Positions 1 to 10,253 of a DNA stretch of 56,902 nucleotides are shown piece after piece; the stretch's first letter is position 1, and the number at the start of each line of letters is the position of its first letter. This DNA is from Sphaeroforma arctica JP610 (Eukaryota), in the NCBI RefSeq assembly GCF_001186125.1, contig NW_014040293.1:10407-67308 (forward strand). Direction: 5' to 3'. The notes under the pieces were generated by a model. That model saw only the letters and a list, made by a program, of their open reading frames with translations, was not told where the DNA came from and ran no database searches. Made by a program: the position numbers and the translations under genes.

Positions 1-120
1 TACATATTTGTGTATGTATGTATGTATGTATGTATGTATGTATGTATATTTTTGTATGTGTGTGCGTGTGTGCGTGCGTGTGCGTGTGTGCGTGCGTGCG
101 TGTGTGTGTGTATGTGTTTG
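1..120. repeat. Compound (TATG)n/(TG)n/(TGCG)n microsatellite, intronic
   Basis: Direct reading of tandem tatg, tgtgcg and tg units. Confidence 0.9.
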
Positions 121-281
121 TGGTTATGTATTACGGGACATGTTTTGTTGATTTCTGATTTTCACAATTACTACTACTTGTTAATTGATGATAGCAGATC
201 GTACTGCCATATATTTGTCAATTTAAAGCCTCAGTGTCTGGCTGCCTGGCCTGTTACTTCTGAACATATAAACACACACAG

Positions 282-2971
282 AGATGAGGCCGCACTGAAT
301 ATTCCGCTTCCTGAAATGTATTTCGGTTTCAACAAGCTACGAGTCGAACACATAACTGGATGGGCATTAGGTTGGTTTTGTTTGGGGTGTATTCATCGTA
401 TCAAACCTGAAGCAGTGGTTTGTTTGTCGTAGTGGACAGGCAATTGTTTTGTGCCTATTTCTCAGTGAACTCTAGTGATGCCTGTAATAATTTCCACAAA
501 ATCAAGTAAGAATACAGAATTGTATGCATTTTAGGAATTAGTATTCGATTTTCGATCAGGCAAAATCACTGCGGCCCATGGTTTCCTATGTTATCATCAT
601 TGTGTGCTATCAAAAATCAGGACCATCTCACCGGCACCCCGAGTAATGCCTACCCAACACAAACGTACTAAACGCCGTACACTGGTGGCTCTATTACTAT
701 CTGCACGGGTGAGCCAGATTGAAGTTGACTAACCGGGACTCGTTTCACTCTGTGTCGCTTCTATTACCACAGAATTCATGGCCATGGATGCACTCGACAT
801 GGTTGACAAAGACACGCCTACGGTGAAAGTGGGATGGGCCGACCACTGGCACAGAAATAGGTACGTATGCGATACTTTTTTGGGGATTTTGTTTTTATTT
901 ATTTGTGCTACAGTTGTCACTTGGTACACATTGCTGGTGGATGGAGAATAGGGTCACCTACAGCGTGATGGCCGATATATAAGTAGGGTTGCACTCCTGT
1001 ACATATATTGCACGGATATTCAACGAAGACACATACAGTCAACTATCTCTGCAACATTTGTGTTTCAGTGTATAGATTCTCAGGCGGAGTGCAAAGTACT
1101 AGGCTTCCCAGCAATATTTGTGCCACTGTTAGTGGTCTGCAGTATATTTCAGTATCCTATCTAGACTGATCGCATCAGACCACTTATTTCCTTACGGCCA
1201 CATATGTGCACGGCTTTAATAGAGTGTGATAAGCAAATATTGTCTTGCAGTCTCATAATCCCTCGTTTCAGTATAATCCGCACACAATTAAACACTTAAT
1301 TTCTATACCTTCCCCGCAGAGGTCATAGCGAACATATAAAGGAAGTTGTCAAACCTTTTGATTGGACGTATAGTACGGCTTATACTGGTTCTCTGCGATC
1401 TGTCGATGGTGATCAGACGATCAATTTGCCCACTATCTCAGCGGCACTCCAGGGAGAGGCTATCGACTATGAACTATTGAAGCCTCACAGAGAACCTATA
1501 TTGTTTTATGGTATGTACGAGCATGCGTAATATAGCTCTGTCATTGAATTGTCTGTGTTCGCGGACGTACTGTCCTCCGAGCGCGACTCCCAAGGTGATA
1601 ATGTGTGGTGGGTTTATCACCTACACATGGTAGTAGACCATTTTGTATGAATGTTTGCACCTGCAAGTACCTTAGTCCGTTGCCGCGCTTCAGACTCTTG
1701 TGAGGTGAGTCAATTCATGTTTGTCTGGCAGTAACCGACGTCTTGTACATGACATTCGAGTAGAACGAATTGTCGCAACGTGGCTCTCTCCGAGGATCTT
1801 GATTAATTGATCCCACATGTCTTCTGTTGAATATAGGGGGTATGCGGTTCTCTGTAGTAGGATTGCTTATCTTATGTCTAAAGGTACATACATATTAAAC
1901 CAGGTTTTTCGGTGAATCGATGCCCACGGGTGCCTTTTGTGTGTCAACTGCGATGTCTGCGCTGTGTCGAATTGACATGAACAATCGCTTGAGCCATTTA
2001 ATGTCATCTACCCACTCAGGTGAAGTCATACTCTTCGAAGACGAACTGGCGGACAACGGCGAGAGTACCGTCAGCGTCAAATTTGTAAGCCGCATGTTTC
2101 ACCGTGACAATATAGATATAGTGAACAAGTGTTTTGATGCTAACTTGAATATTCTTCCACCACTACTTCGGGACTCTTGTAAGCTTGTATCGATTATTTT
2201 TTTATATCCCTGCTGTTGGGTGAGACCTGGCGAACAGGTCTGGTAACTCAGAAACTTTTCAATGTGCTCGTTTCAGAGATGCATGCCTAGCGGATTCTTT
2301 ATTCTCTTGAGGCAGTTTATCCGCGTGGACGACGTTCTCATCAGGATACGTGACACGCGCATACACCACATATTCGAAACCCAACATATGATCCGCGAAA
2401 CGGTCACCAAGGAAGGCGTGTACAATAAAGTCATCCCGGTAAGTTAACGAGTATTATATGTTGCATGACTGGTGTACTTGGTTTAATGTGTACGAGTGAA
2501 GATGTGGGGGTTGCAGCGCTGTGAGTTGAACGTAAAACATGTGTATCTGAATCGGCGATTGTTTGTGTATACTGGAGATGCTGCATTTTTATTGGACTGT
2601 CAGGCTCTGACGGGATAAGGTGGAATGTCACTGCATACACAAGACGCCAAGTCCGTTATTCGAAATTTATTTATCTGCGAAAGACAAACGTTGAAGGTTT
2701 TTGTAGAAAGCTCGGGCGAGCCGCAATCCTATCCGTATTTCGGAAATGAACTAGACGACATAGCTGAACTACGAAGTTGTATGAATCCATAGAGTTTATC
2801 ATTATAAAGGACTGCACTAACATCTAATGCGTGCAGTCTATTTCAATGTCACAGGATAAGACAAACACAAATATACTGCGAGACCCGCCGGCCTTGGATG
2901 CAGCACTAACTCTCATGTCCAGCAACGTCGATATCATATCGTGGGAGAACAAATCGGATGCGATCTTATAG
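282..2971 (+). CDS. TIPRL: TIP41-like protein (PP2A/TOR pathway regulator), multi-exon, 5' end outside window
   Basis: Exons 282-370, 773-860, 1320-1510, 2020-2084, 2277-2438, 2855-2971, all flanked by GT-AG and phase-compatible. Spliced peptide contains LPEMYFG, KPFDWTYST, EVILFEDELADNG, SVKFRCMP and FFILLRQFIRVDDVLIRIRDTRIHH, typical of the TIP41 family. Stop TAG at 2969-2971. Confidence 0.9.
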
Positions 2972-4300
2972 TATATATGTATCAAGTAAAATAATAAAAA
3001 CGGTCGAAAACCTCAGTCTCAAATTCGTTCGACATTGGCTCAATTTAGCATAGACACAGATATGTATTTGTTTTTCTGGTGTTAAGAAATGGGGATTTTG
3101 GTTGCTTATATTTGAGAAATTCCTAAATACTATTATTAAAGTAACATGGCATTGAAGAATATTCCACACAAGAAGTTCTACTTGCCACAATCGTAGTAAA
3201 TATCTACATGCGTGTACCTGCAATACATCGGTGCCATAATCGACAAGTATGAGCACAGCTTGTTCTAGTGTCGCCACACACGTCGCAAAAACGCTCTGCA
3301 ACATTCAACACGCTTTGTATGACAACCGGCATTTACATCGTTACGAAGTGATTTGCACAGCTGACCGGCATCGTAAGGATATGATATTTCACTATAGTGG
3401 TTTAATATTCGTCGACAGAGATGGCACGTGCAAATATTGGTGCGTTGAGTCACAGGCTTTTAGATAACCGCCGAAAATTGATGGTAGACTTGTTTATATG
3501 TCGATTTACGAATGTCACTGTGTCTCGTCCCTTCGTATTATCATACAGGAGGATGTGTGAAACTGCGAATGCTCAAAGTAATGTAACGCGCGTCCCCATA
3601 TCGCCAGTGAGACGACCAGAGGCAAATTGCAATGTAGAAGTTTCAAGTGCATGTGATGGCTTGTTGGTGTGGGTGATTGCGCTTGTGTTCGAGTGGTACT
3701 TTCTTGACTGACGAAGATATCTCTCCAGACCTCTGTGCATGTCAGGGTATCGCACAACTGGTGTCATATAAAGTAGTGTCGATGTGGCACACTGGCTCCA
3801 ACTCATAGGATTCCAGCCCCCATATACCGTCAATGGTGGAGTTTTAAGCATGCCTCATGACAGGGCGTCACAGATATGGCAAGTTAGTAATCAGTATGTG
3901 AGGTACGTAAACCACGGCTGTATAGCCACCTACAGTCCAGCTGCAATTGTATTATATGTGTTTGATCCGTGGAACAAAGGCATGGTCACCATACTCTTGA
4001 GTGGACCGAACTATGAACGGATTTAGGCTGAGTCGTTTGCAATTTAACTGCTAGTGTGCCCTGAACTATCTTCGTATAAATTGAGCTTCGACATTATCCG
4101 TTGCCCTGGTAGCGTATGCTGCTATCGTTCCTCGTCCAATTTGGGATATGTAAGTTATTCACCAGGGATGAATTGATATCTGAGTGCCCCATCTACGGAC
4201 AGTGTGGACGCTGCTTCAATGCAATACAATGCATTGTTAGGATCGCTCGTCCCCGTTCTTTCAGTGAAGTGTGTGATCAAATGCGCCACACACCTTGTCG

Positions 4301-5814
4301 TCAATCATCAACCCGTTCGAAGAGCTCCTTAGCAGTAAGAGGTTTGCTGAGTGGCTTCTGTGCCCGTACCGTACACTGTAGGGTGCTATCGAGAAACCAG
4401 GCTCCCACCACTTCAAATGCGTTGATCTTCCGCTCCAATTTACTCTGTGCGCAAATAAAATTAATCGGAAGTTCGAATAAGTCCACATGCGTTGGTGCTG
4501 ATCGCTTACATCAGTGATTACTAGTTCAAAATTACTATGCAAGTGCAGATATTTATCCAGAATTAAGGATATTACATTTTCTTTTGACTATTGTAAATCA
4601 CAGAATTGCAAGTAAACATCAATATACAGCACATAACCACTACTTACCTTCATATAATTGGTATGCAACATCACCGGAGCCTTGGCGCCGTACATGGCCC
4701 TGAAAGGTTTGTTCTGACCAAAATACAAACCTCCGTTGGGGAAATCAGCCGGGTTCAAGTAACACATTTTGATGCCGGTATTTGCTGCTGCTAGAGCCTT
4801 CCTATCCGCCTCACTAATCTCGGGGATGGTTATATTTACATTGTTTTCGTCCACGGCTTTCTCCCCGTAAAACGGTGTGTCAGTGCGCGGATCGTATACA
4901 TAGTAGTCCTGATGTTCCTGAAGGGTTTGCAACGTCAAGTGTAACGCTCTCTGTTCCCTGAAACCTTCCAGACAATTAAACTGATCTGCCCAGACATCGT
5001 ACAGTCTGAGCACTTGTGGTGACTTCTTCACAAAGTAAACGCCACAGTTGAATTTCTTCTCGCCTCTATAGCCCTCGTATGTCAGTGCCAGTTTCGAATC
5101 CGCCTGAAACTTCATATCACACTGATCATTCAAGCTCGCATACTTGGCTATGTTCCTGACTACGGAGGTATCTGCATCCGCAATGAACACGTCGTACCCC
5201 AGACGAAGTATGGCTCGAACGGCATTGACTTTTACATGCATCAGATCCCTCCAGACATACTCCTGGTTGTCACCATCGCGATCCCAGTCAGCCACTAATT
5301 CATCGCCTAACATCTTAGAATCGAAGAAGCTGTGTTCTGCGCCGAATATTCTTGTAACGTCGTTGTGTGTAACCTCGTCGAATGGTATAATTATCCAATT
5401 GGTATGACGGCGCTTCACAGAGCACATGAAGTTGCGCAGAAGCACTCGCTGGCTGTTGGATGCGAAACTCACTATGATGCGCTTGTTAATTGATACGGTT
5501 TTAAGCATATCAGACAATCTGTTTGTATCTACGATTCTCTCATCTAAGTACTTTTCTTTCTCTACTGGTGTGCACATTATGTTGCCGGCATTGTTTACTG
5601 ATAACTGTGTCGGCTGCGTATTCGTAGTAAATTTCATCGCCTGGGGGCGCAGGTACACCTCTTCGTTCTTGTGTGCACCGTACTGGTCAAAATTTTCAAC
5701 TGTTACTAAATCTTCCGCCAAGCTTTTGTATGCACTAGCGATCATTATGAAGATCACTATACAGCCAAATACAGTGCGAGGCTGGCGCAGTTGATGGGAT
5801 ATTCTTATCGCCAT
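4301..5814 (-). CDS. Type II membrane glycosyltransferase, nucleotide-diphospho-sugar transferase (GT77-like) family
   Basis: Exon 1 5814-4648 (ATG at 5814, donor gtaagt) and exon 2 4444-4301. N-terminal TM helix (VFGCIVIFIMIA), LRNFMCS, KVNAVRAILRLGYDVFIADAD (DxD motif), FNCGVYF, EQRAL, FPNG, and spliced HTNYMK/SKLERKINAFEVVGAWFL matching the family C-terminus. Confidence 0.85.
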
Positions 5815-7081
5815 CTTCAACCTTCAAAACAGCTAGCAACCCTAGTGATGGTCCTTGTTGATGTTTGAGGTAAGAAATTCAAAACAGAAATGACAACACC
5901 CAGAACTAATAAATCATTCGAGGCATCTATAGGTTGTGCAGGAAAGGATAGCGAAAGGCTCTCTGCGAAGACACCATCGTAGTCTAGGTATTAATATACA
6001 TACACGTGACCAGTATGAGACAAAACATATTCACATCAATAGTCCTCTCATAGTTTATATGCATGTTGTTTTTTTTTATTACAGACGCCGTTGGTGAAAC
6101 AGCCAATTTTATGAAATTTTATTATATTGTTTTATAGGCCCAAAAATTGTTACAAATCGGTTTGCCACAGATCGTTGCAAGGCAGGCGCCCGTGGCATGT
6201 GGTGCCTCGACACATCAATTGCAACAAATGCAACGTATACAAGCTAGACCTCATAATCGTGCGTCCTCCTAGGCTTGCAAAAGTGCACAAACTAGTTAAC
6301 TGAATGTATCTTGCATGCTAGCGATAGTATACTTTATTGAACTAGACACTGTGACACTGTAAATGGTTAAAGAAGATCAAGCCTGATGTACCTCAACTTG
6401 GGAGCTTTTATGCAACTTCTGTGTCAACTACACACTCATGGCTCTATTTTACTTCATTAAAAGTACTTAACTTCGAGAAAAAAATTTAAAATTCCCTGGA
6501 CCGCAACTTCTAATTTTAGCTTACCAAGCCATATAGCCTATTTCAATACTATGTCTACAATTTAGTCCCTATCGAACATTTATGGAAGATTTACAGAAGC
6601 TACTCATTATCTGGAGCAGAATAAATCCGATGTAGTATTTACTTTCTTTAAAAATCGATGTGTCGAGCGTGTGATAAGAATAGAGAAGTAAAAACTGAGT
6701 GAACGAGTTCATGATTCGGACGATATTGGTTTTTAATACTGTATTGAGGACATAGGGTATCATGTCACGACCTTTACGGGGCAATAGTTGTGTAGCATTC
6801 GATACAAAATTATTGCTATATAAAAATTTTGTTGTACGTGGTTGTGGTTACAAGCATCCATTGTTTATCCATATTGACAGTGTGTCGTATCCGAGAAAAA
6901 TGTAGATATTCCGGGTACAACGCCCGGTGAGAAAATAAATTTCTATACTCGAACGAGAACCGTATACAAGTGCAGGCTGTAATAAAAGTCATGCCTCTCT
7001 GAGTTATGTGCGCACTGAGATCTAAGTGCACGTACAACAAAAACAAATCTAAAAGCTAAATACATATCAGATATAAGGGAG

Positions 7082-7086
7082 AAAAA
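7082..7086 (-). terminator. RNA polymerase III T5 terminator of permuted tRNA copy B
   Basis: TTTTT on the minus strand 9 nt after G37 of the 5' half. Confidence 0.7.
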
Positions 7087-7095
7087 TGACTGCTT

Positions 7096-7180
7096 CCTAA
7101 ACACAACGCCGTAGACCACTCGGCCAACCTGCTATTTGACAGGTCCAGGACTCGAACCTGCGCATCCGAAGATATTGCGG
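7096..7180 (-). tRNA. Permuted tRNA-Leu(UAG), copy B: 3' half 7180-7137, 3-nt spacer, 5' half 7133-7096; possibly degenerate
   Basis: Minus strand reads CCGCAATATCTTCGGATGCGCAGGTTCGAGTCCTGGACCTGTCA aat AGCAGGTTGGCCGAGTGGTCTACGGCGTTGTGTTTAGG aagcagtca TTTTT. It has a G49.G65 T-stem mismatch and an A21C change relative to copy A. Confidence 0.8.
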
Positions 7181-7823
7181 AATCTACAACCATTGGACGG
7201 ATCGAGACAAGAGTACAGTTTGTGAACATGTTCAAATTCGGAGAATACTGAAATGCACTCATGATGGTGGATTACAAAAACTTCTCGGGTAATGATCGCT
7301 AGATGTATACTCGAATATCAACTTCCTGTTATACAAACATTTGCTGCACCTTGTTGTGGCTACGAGATCCATTGTATATACTTGTTGGTAACGTATCGTA
7401 TCCGAAACAAATTGTCGTTATATCGAGTATAATGCCAAATGATAAGAAGTTCTATACTCGAACGAGCGCCGACAGTGCAGGATGTGATAAATTTCGTCAT
7501 TTTTAGAAAAAAGTATGTAGTATATTTTCTTTCTGAGTACATATTGACATTGCAGGTCGCAGGATGTGATCAATTTTGACATTTTTAAACACAAGTATGT
7601 ATATAGTACATTGTCTTTCTGAGAAGTACATGTTGTTTATTACGTTCTAGAGGAGCTGATTACAACGAATAGTTTAAATCGACAGCTAACTTGTAAAGAG
7701 CCTATATTTAGGTTTGAAATAATCATTAGTGTCAGCCTGTCGGGAGAACGCAAGTGTGCCTACCACGAAGTATGAACACGAGAACAAAAACAATTATGGA
7801 TTATTTTAGAATTATGTTAGTAT

Positions 7824-7829
7824 AAAAAA
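7824..7829 (-). terminator. RNA polymerase III T6 terminator of permuted tRNA copy A
   Basis: TTTTTT on the minus strand 9 nt after G37 of the 5' half. Confidence 0.75.
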
Positions 7830-7838
7830 TGGTTAATC

Positions 7839-7930
7839 CCTAAACACAACGCCTTAGACCACTCGGCCAACCTGCATTTCACTGTTTGACAGGTGCAGGA
7901 CTCGAACCTGCGCATCCGAAGATATTGCGG
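7839..7930 (-). tRNA. Permuted tRNA-Leu(UAG), copy A: 3' half 7930-7887, 10-nt spacer, 5' half 7876-7839
   Basis: Minus strand reads CCGCAATATCTTCGGATGCGCAGGTTCGAGTCCTGCACCTGTCA aacagtgaaa TGCAGGTTGGCCGAGTGGTCTAAGGCGTTGTGTTTAGG gattaacca TTTTTT. Re-ordered halves give an 82-nt class II cloverleaf: anticodon stem TTGTG/CGCAA, loop TT-TAG-G|C, variable arm ATC-TTCG-GAT, T arm GCAGG-TTCGAGT-CCTGC, discriminator A73. Confidence 0.9.
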
Positions 7931-8227
7931 AGTCCATAACCACGAGACAAGTCTCTGATGTGTTTTTACTATAAAGTTCCTAATTATAAAAACGTATTCT
8001 CAATATATACTTTGTTTTGTTTTTTTATATAGAGCAAAAACATCGAAAATTAAACAGATCCCAACTGTGCCAGACTGAGTGCCAGACTGCCAGTATTTTT
8101 TGAAAATAGCGGGCAGGCCCTGAGACTCTTAGAGCTGAGGCCAACCACTCTGTCATAGATTTCATCATTTCAAAAGGTTTTGCTTCTTCATGGCCAACAA
8201 GTCCTACGGACTTGTCCGTTCTACGTA

Positions 8228-9272
8228 CAGTCAAACCTCTTTATATGACCACCTCTTTAAGATGACCACCTCTTCATATGACCAATTTTTCTTTGGGCCA
8301 ACCCCCATATATGTGATAGGTCTTTTTGGGCCGGTCCTGACAGCCTGCCCTTGGTGGGAACTTGGGAGGTCCGACTATTGTCAGCACTGAGCACTGATTG
8401 AGTTAAAATTTTAAATTTGTGGTTCATCGTGCTCCGACCATGGGGTCTACATGTGTATATATTTCACCTTTCACCTTTGCTTTTCACTGGCACGTTCATA
8501 CATAGACTAGTACATGCTACAATAGATACTGATGGGAGACGCTTCTAGTGGTGGACAATGTTGTGCGAAAGGATGCACTATAGCGCACCCAGTGGGTGGT
8601 GCACACAAGTGTGCTGCTTGCGATCGAAGTATGCATGCCTTGTGTGGCGTGCATCTTGGTGAGGGATTTGGTTCAAATTCAATTGGTTACTGCCTGTCTA
8701 CTGATAAATGCCAGCCACCGGAGGACAAATCAGATCAGACAACTACTGAATCAGATACAATGCAGGAAGACGACGTGGCACAAGCTACGCCTAAGCAGTA
8801 TGCATTGTCTGAGTTGAATGGAGCATCTAGTATACTGATGAATAAGCTCACTGAAAGTGAGAAGAAGAAGACATACCCACAGACTGTATTATCTAAAGTA
8901 AAGGACAGAACATTTAAGAGGGTCAATCTAACAGATAAAGACAAAGGAATTATCGTGCGCGCAATCAAGAAAGTGGGATACAGCTTTGACAAGTCCTGGA
9001 AAGAGACTTTTCGTGAGGATTTAGTCAAAGAAGCCGTGCGAGCTGCGCGTGAATCATTCGGTGTGAGTACGAAAACAATACGGTTGTGTAAATAAACAGA
9101 AGATTTCCACAAGAGTAGAAATATTGAAATATAGGAGCATTTTTGAGTGATAATGCGCCCGGAATAGTCCCGAACATGACAGTAGAAACCTGACCCAGAC
9201 TTGACCACCTCTTTATATAAACAATTTTTTTTTACCAAAAACGGACATTGGTCATATAAAGAGGTTTGACTG
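8228..9272 (+). mobile_element. Non-autonomous pogo/Tc1-mariner-type DNA transposon (1045 bp)
   Basis: Perfect 24-bp TIRs CAGTCAAACCTCTTTATATGACCA (8228-8251, inverted at 9249-9272), TA target-site duplication (8226-8227 and 9273-9274) and subterminal ATGACCACCTCT direct repeats. Confidence 0.9.
8532..9095 (+). CDS. Transposon-borne 187-aa ORF: Cys/His zinc-finger-like N-terminus plus HTH-like C-terminus; truncated transposase, no DDD domain
   Basis: CCAKGC...HKCAACDRSMHALCG...C...C, and RVNLTDKDKGIIV...FGVSTKTIR resembling the pipsqueak/CENP-B N-terminal HTH. Lies wholly inside the TIRs. Confidence 0.55.
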   Translation: MGDASSGGQCCAKGCTIAHPVGGAHKCAACDRSMHALCGVHLGEGFGSNSIGYCLSTDKCQPPEDKSDQTTTESDTMQEDDVAQATPKQYALSELNGASSILMNKLTESEKKKTYPQTVLSKVKDRTFKRVNLTDKDKGIIVRAIKKVGYSFDKSWKETFREDLVKEAVRAARESFGVSTKTIRLCK

Positions 9273-9364
9273 TACCGTAATTTTTACTCTTCTAGACAGA
9301 GAGTAGCTCTGGTCATGACGATGCTCTTTCTTTGTTTTTATATTTTGTACAAATTTTTTTTTTG

Positions 9365-9510
9365 AATTTTTAGAGGGCTATTCTTTTTTTTTATTACAAT
9401 TTATTATTATTTTTAATTTTTTTAGAAGGCTATTCCTTTTTATATGACAATTTTTTATTGTTTTTAATTTTTTAGCCGGCTATTCTTTTTTTTATTACAA
9501 TTTATTTTGT
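9365..9510. repeat. Three imperfect ~52-bp T-rich tandem repeats
   Basis: Units of the form tttttag(ag/aa/cc)ggctattc-T-run-att/atgacaatttt at ~9368, ~9420 and ~9470. Confidence 0.65.
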
Positions 9511-10191
9511 TTTTGTTTTTTAAGAATGTATCATATATGAGCCTATACATGTTTGTTTGTTCGTTTTTTAAGTATGTAGTTTTTCTGCCTCTCTGGTCAG
9601 GTTTCGGCGATTTCGGTCCGTTCGGAATTTCGGACTGACATTTTTAACGGTTTAAAACATAGCCTTCTGAAAATTGAGCATGCTCTTAGAAATGGGGGGG
9701 TTTGTTTGTTTTTTTAAAACCACAGCAAAATACATTATAAATTTGTTGGATTGGTGATCGTCTGATCGAATGTAATTTTTTTTTAAATATTGTATTTACT
9801 TCCACTCTCCCAGTCAACAGTCATCAGGCCCCATTGATTTGAGTCTCGGAGCAGAAATGAAGTTGTCGTATGCAGATTGATTTGCAGACTAATGCAGTAC
9901 AGCAGTATTTCCTCTCGCGCAGGCTCGCGTAGCGAAATCATAAAATTTTGCGCAGAGCCGCAGAGTCGCAGACCCAAATCCGGGGAGCTATGCAACAGTG
10001 ACAACATTCGCATCAGTCGTCAGTTCGTCACAACTTTACAACTACAAGAAGTGAACACTGTTTAGACTCCAGGCTGGAGTTCCACAGTCCACCACATGCC
10101 AGCAGGAGTCCAAGGACACAGGCTCACAGAGTCACAGGCACACAGTCAGTCGATCACAGTCAGTCAGTCATTGCCCACAGGCACTCACAGC

Positions 10192-10253
10192 CTCACAACT
10201 CACAACTCACAACTCACAACTCACAACTCACAACTCACAACTCACAACTCACA
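10192..10253. repeat. (CTCACAA)n heptamer tandem repeat, ~9 copies
   Basis: Perfect CTCACAA units read directly. Confidence 0.9.

Noticed and set aside
10..432. 140-aa ORF and other ORFs over TA/TG repeats (11353-11719, 13696-14103, 19695-20825)
   Set aside because: Translations of microsatellites; only 282-370 is a real exon.
2966..4542. Several 60-130 aa ORFs between TIPRL and the glycosyltransferase
   Set aside because: No recognisable motifs; overlapping frames in 3' UTR/intergenic DNA, except the 4301-4444 exon.
7137..7876. Conventional tRNA-Leu made of the copy A 5' half plus the copy B 3' half with a 658-nt intron
   Set aside because: A T6 Pol III terminator follows 9 nt into the supposed intron and more T-runs lie beyond. 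The model also leaves two orphan halves, and each copy has its own complementary leader/trailer. Cross-pairing in trans between the two transcripts cannot be excluded.
10192..10253. (TTGTGAG)n as an interstitial telomeric repeat
   Set aside because: Does not match a telomere unit I can support; short and internal.
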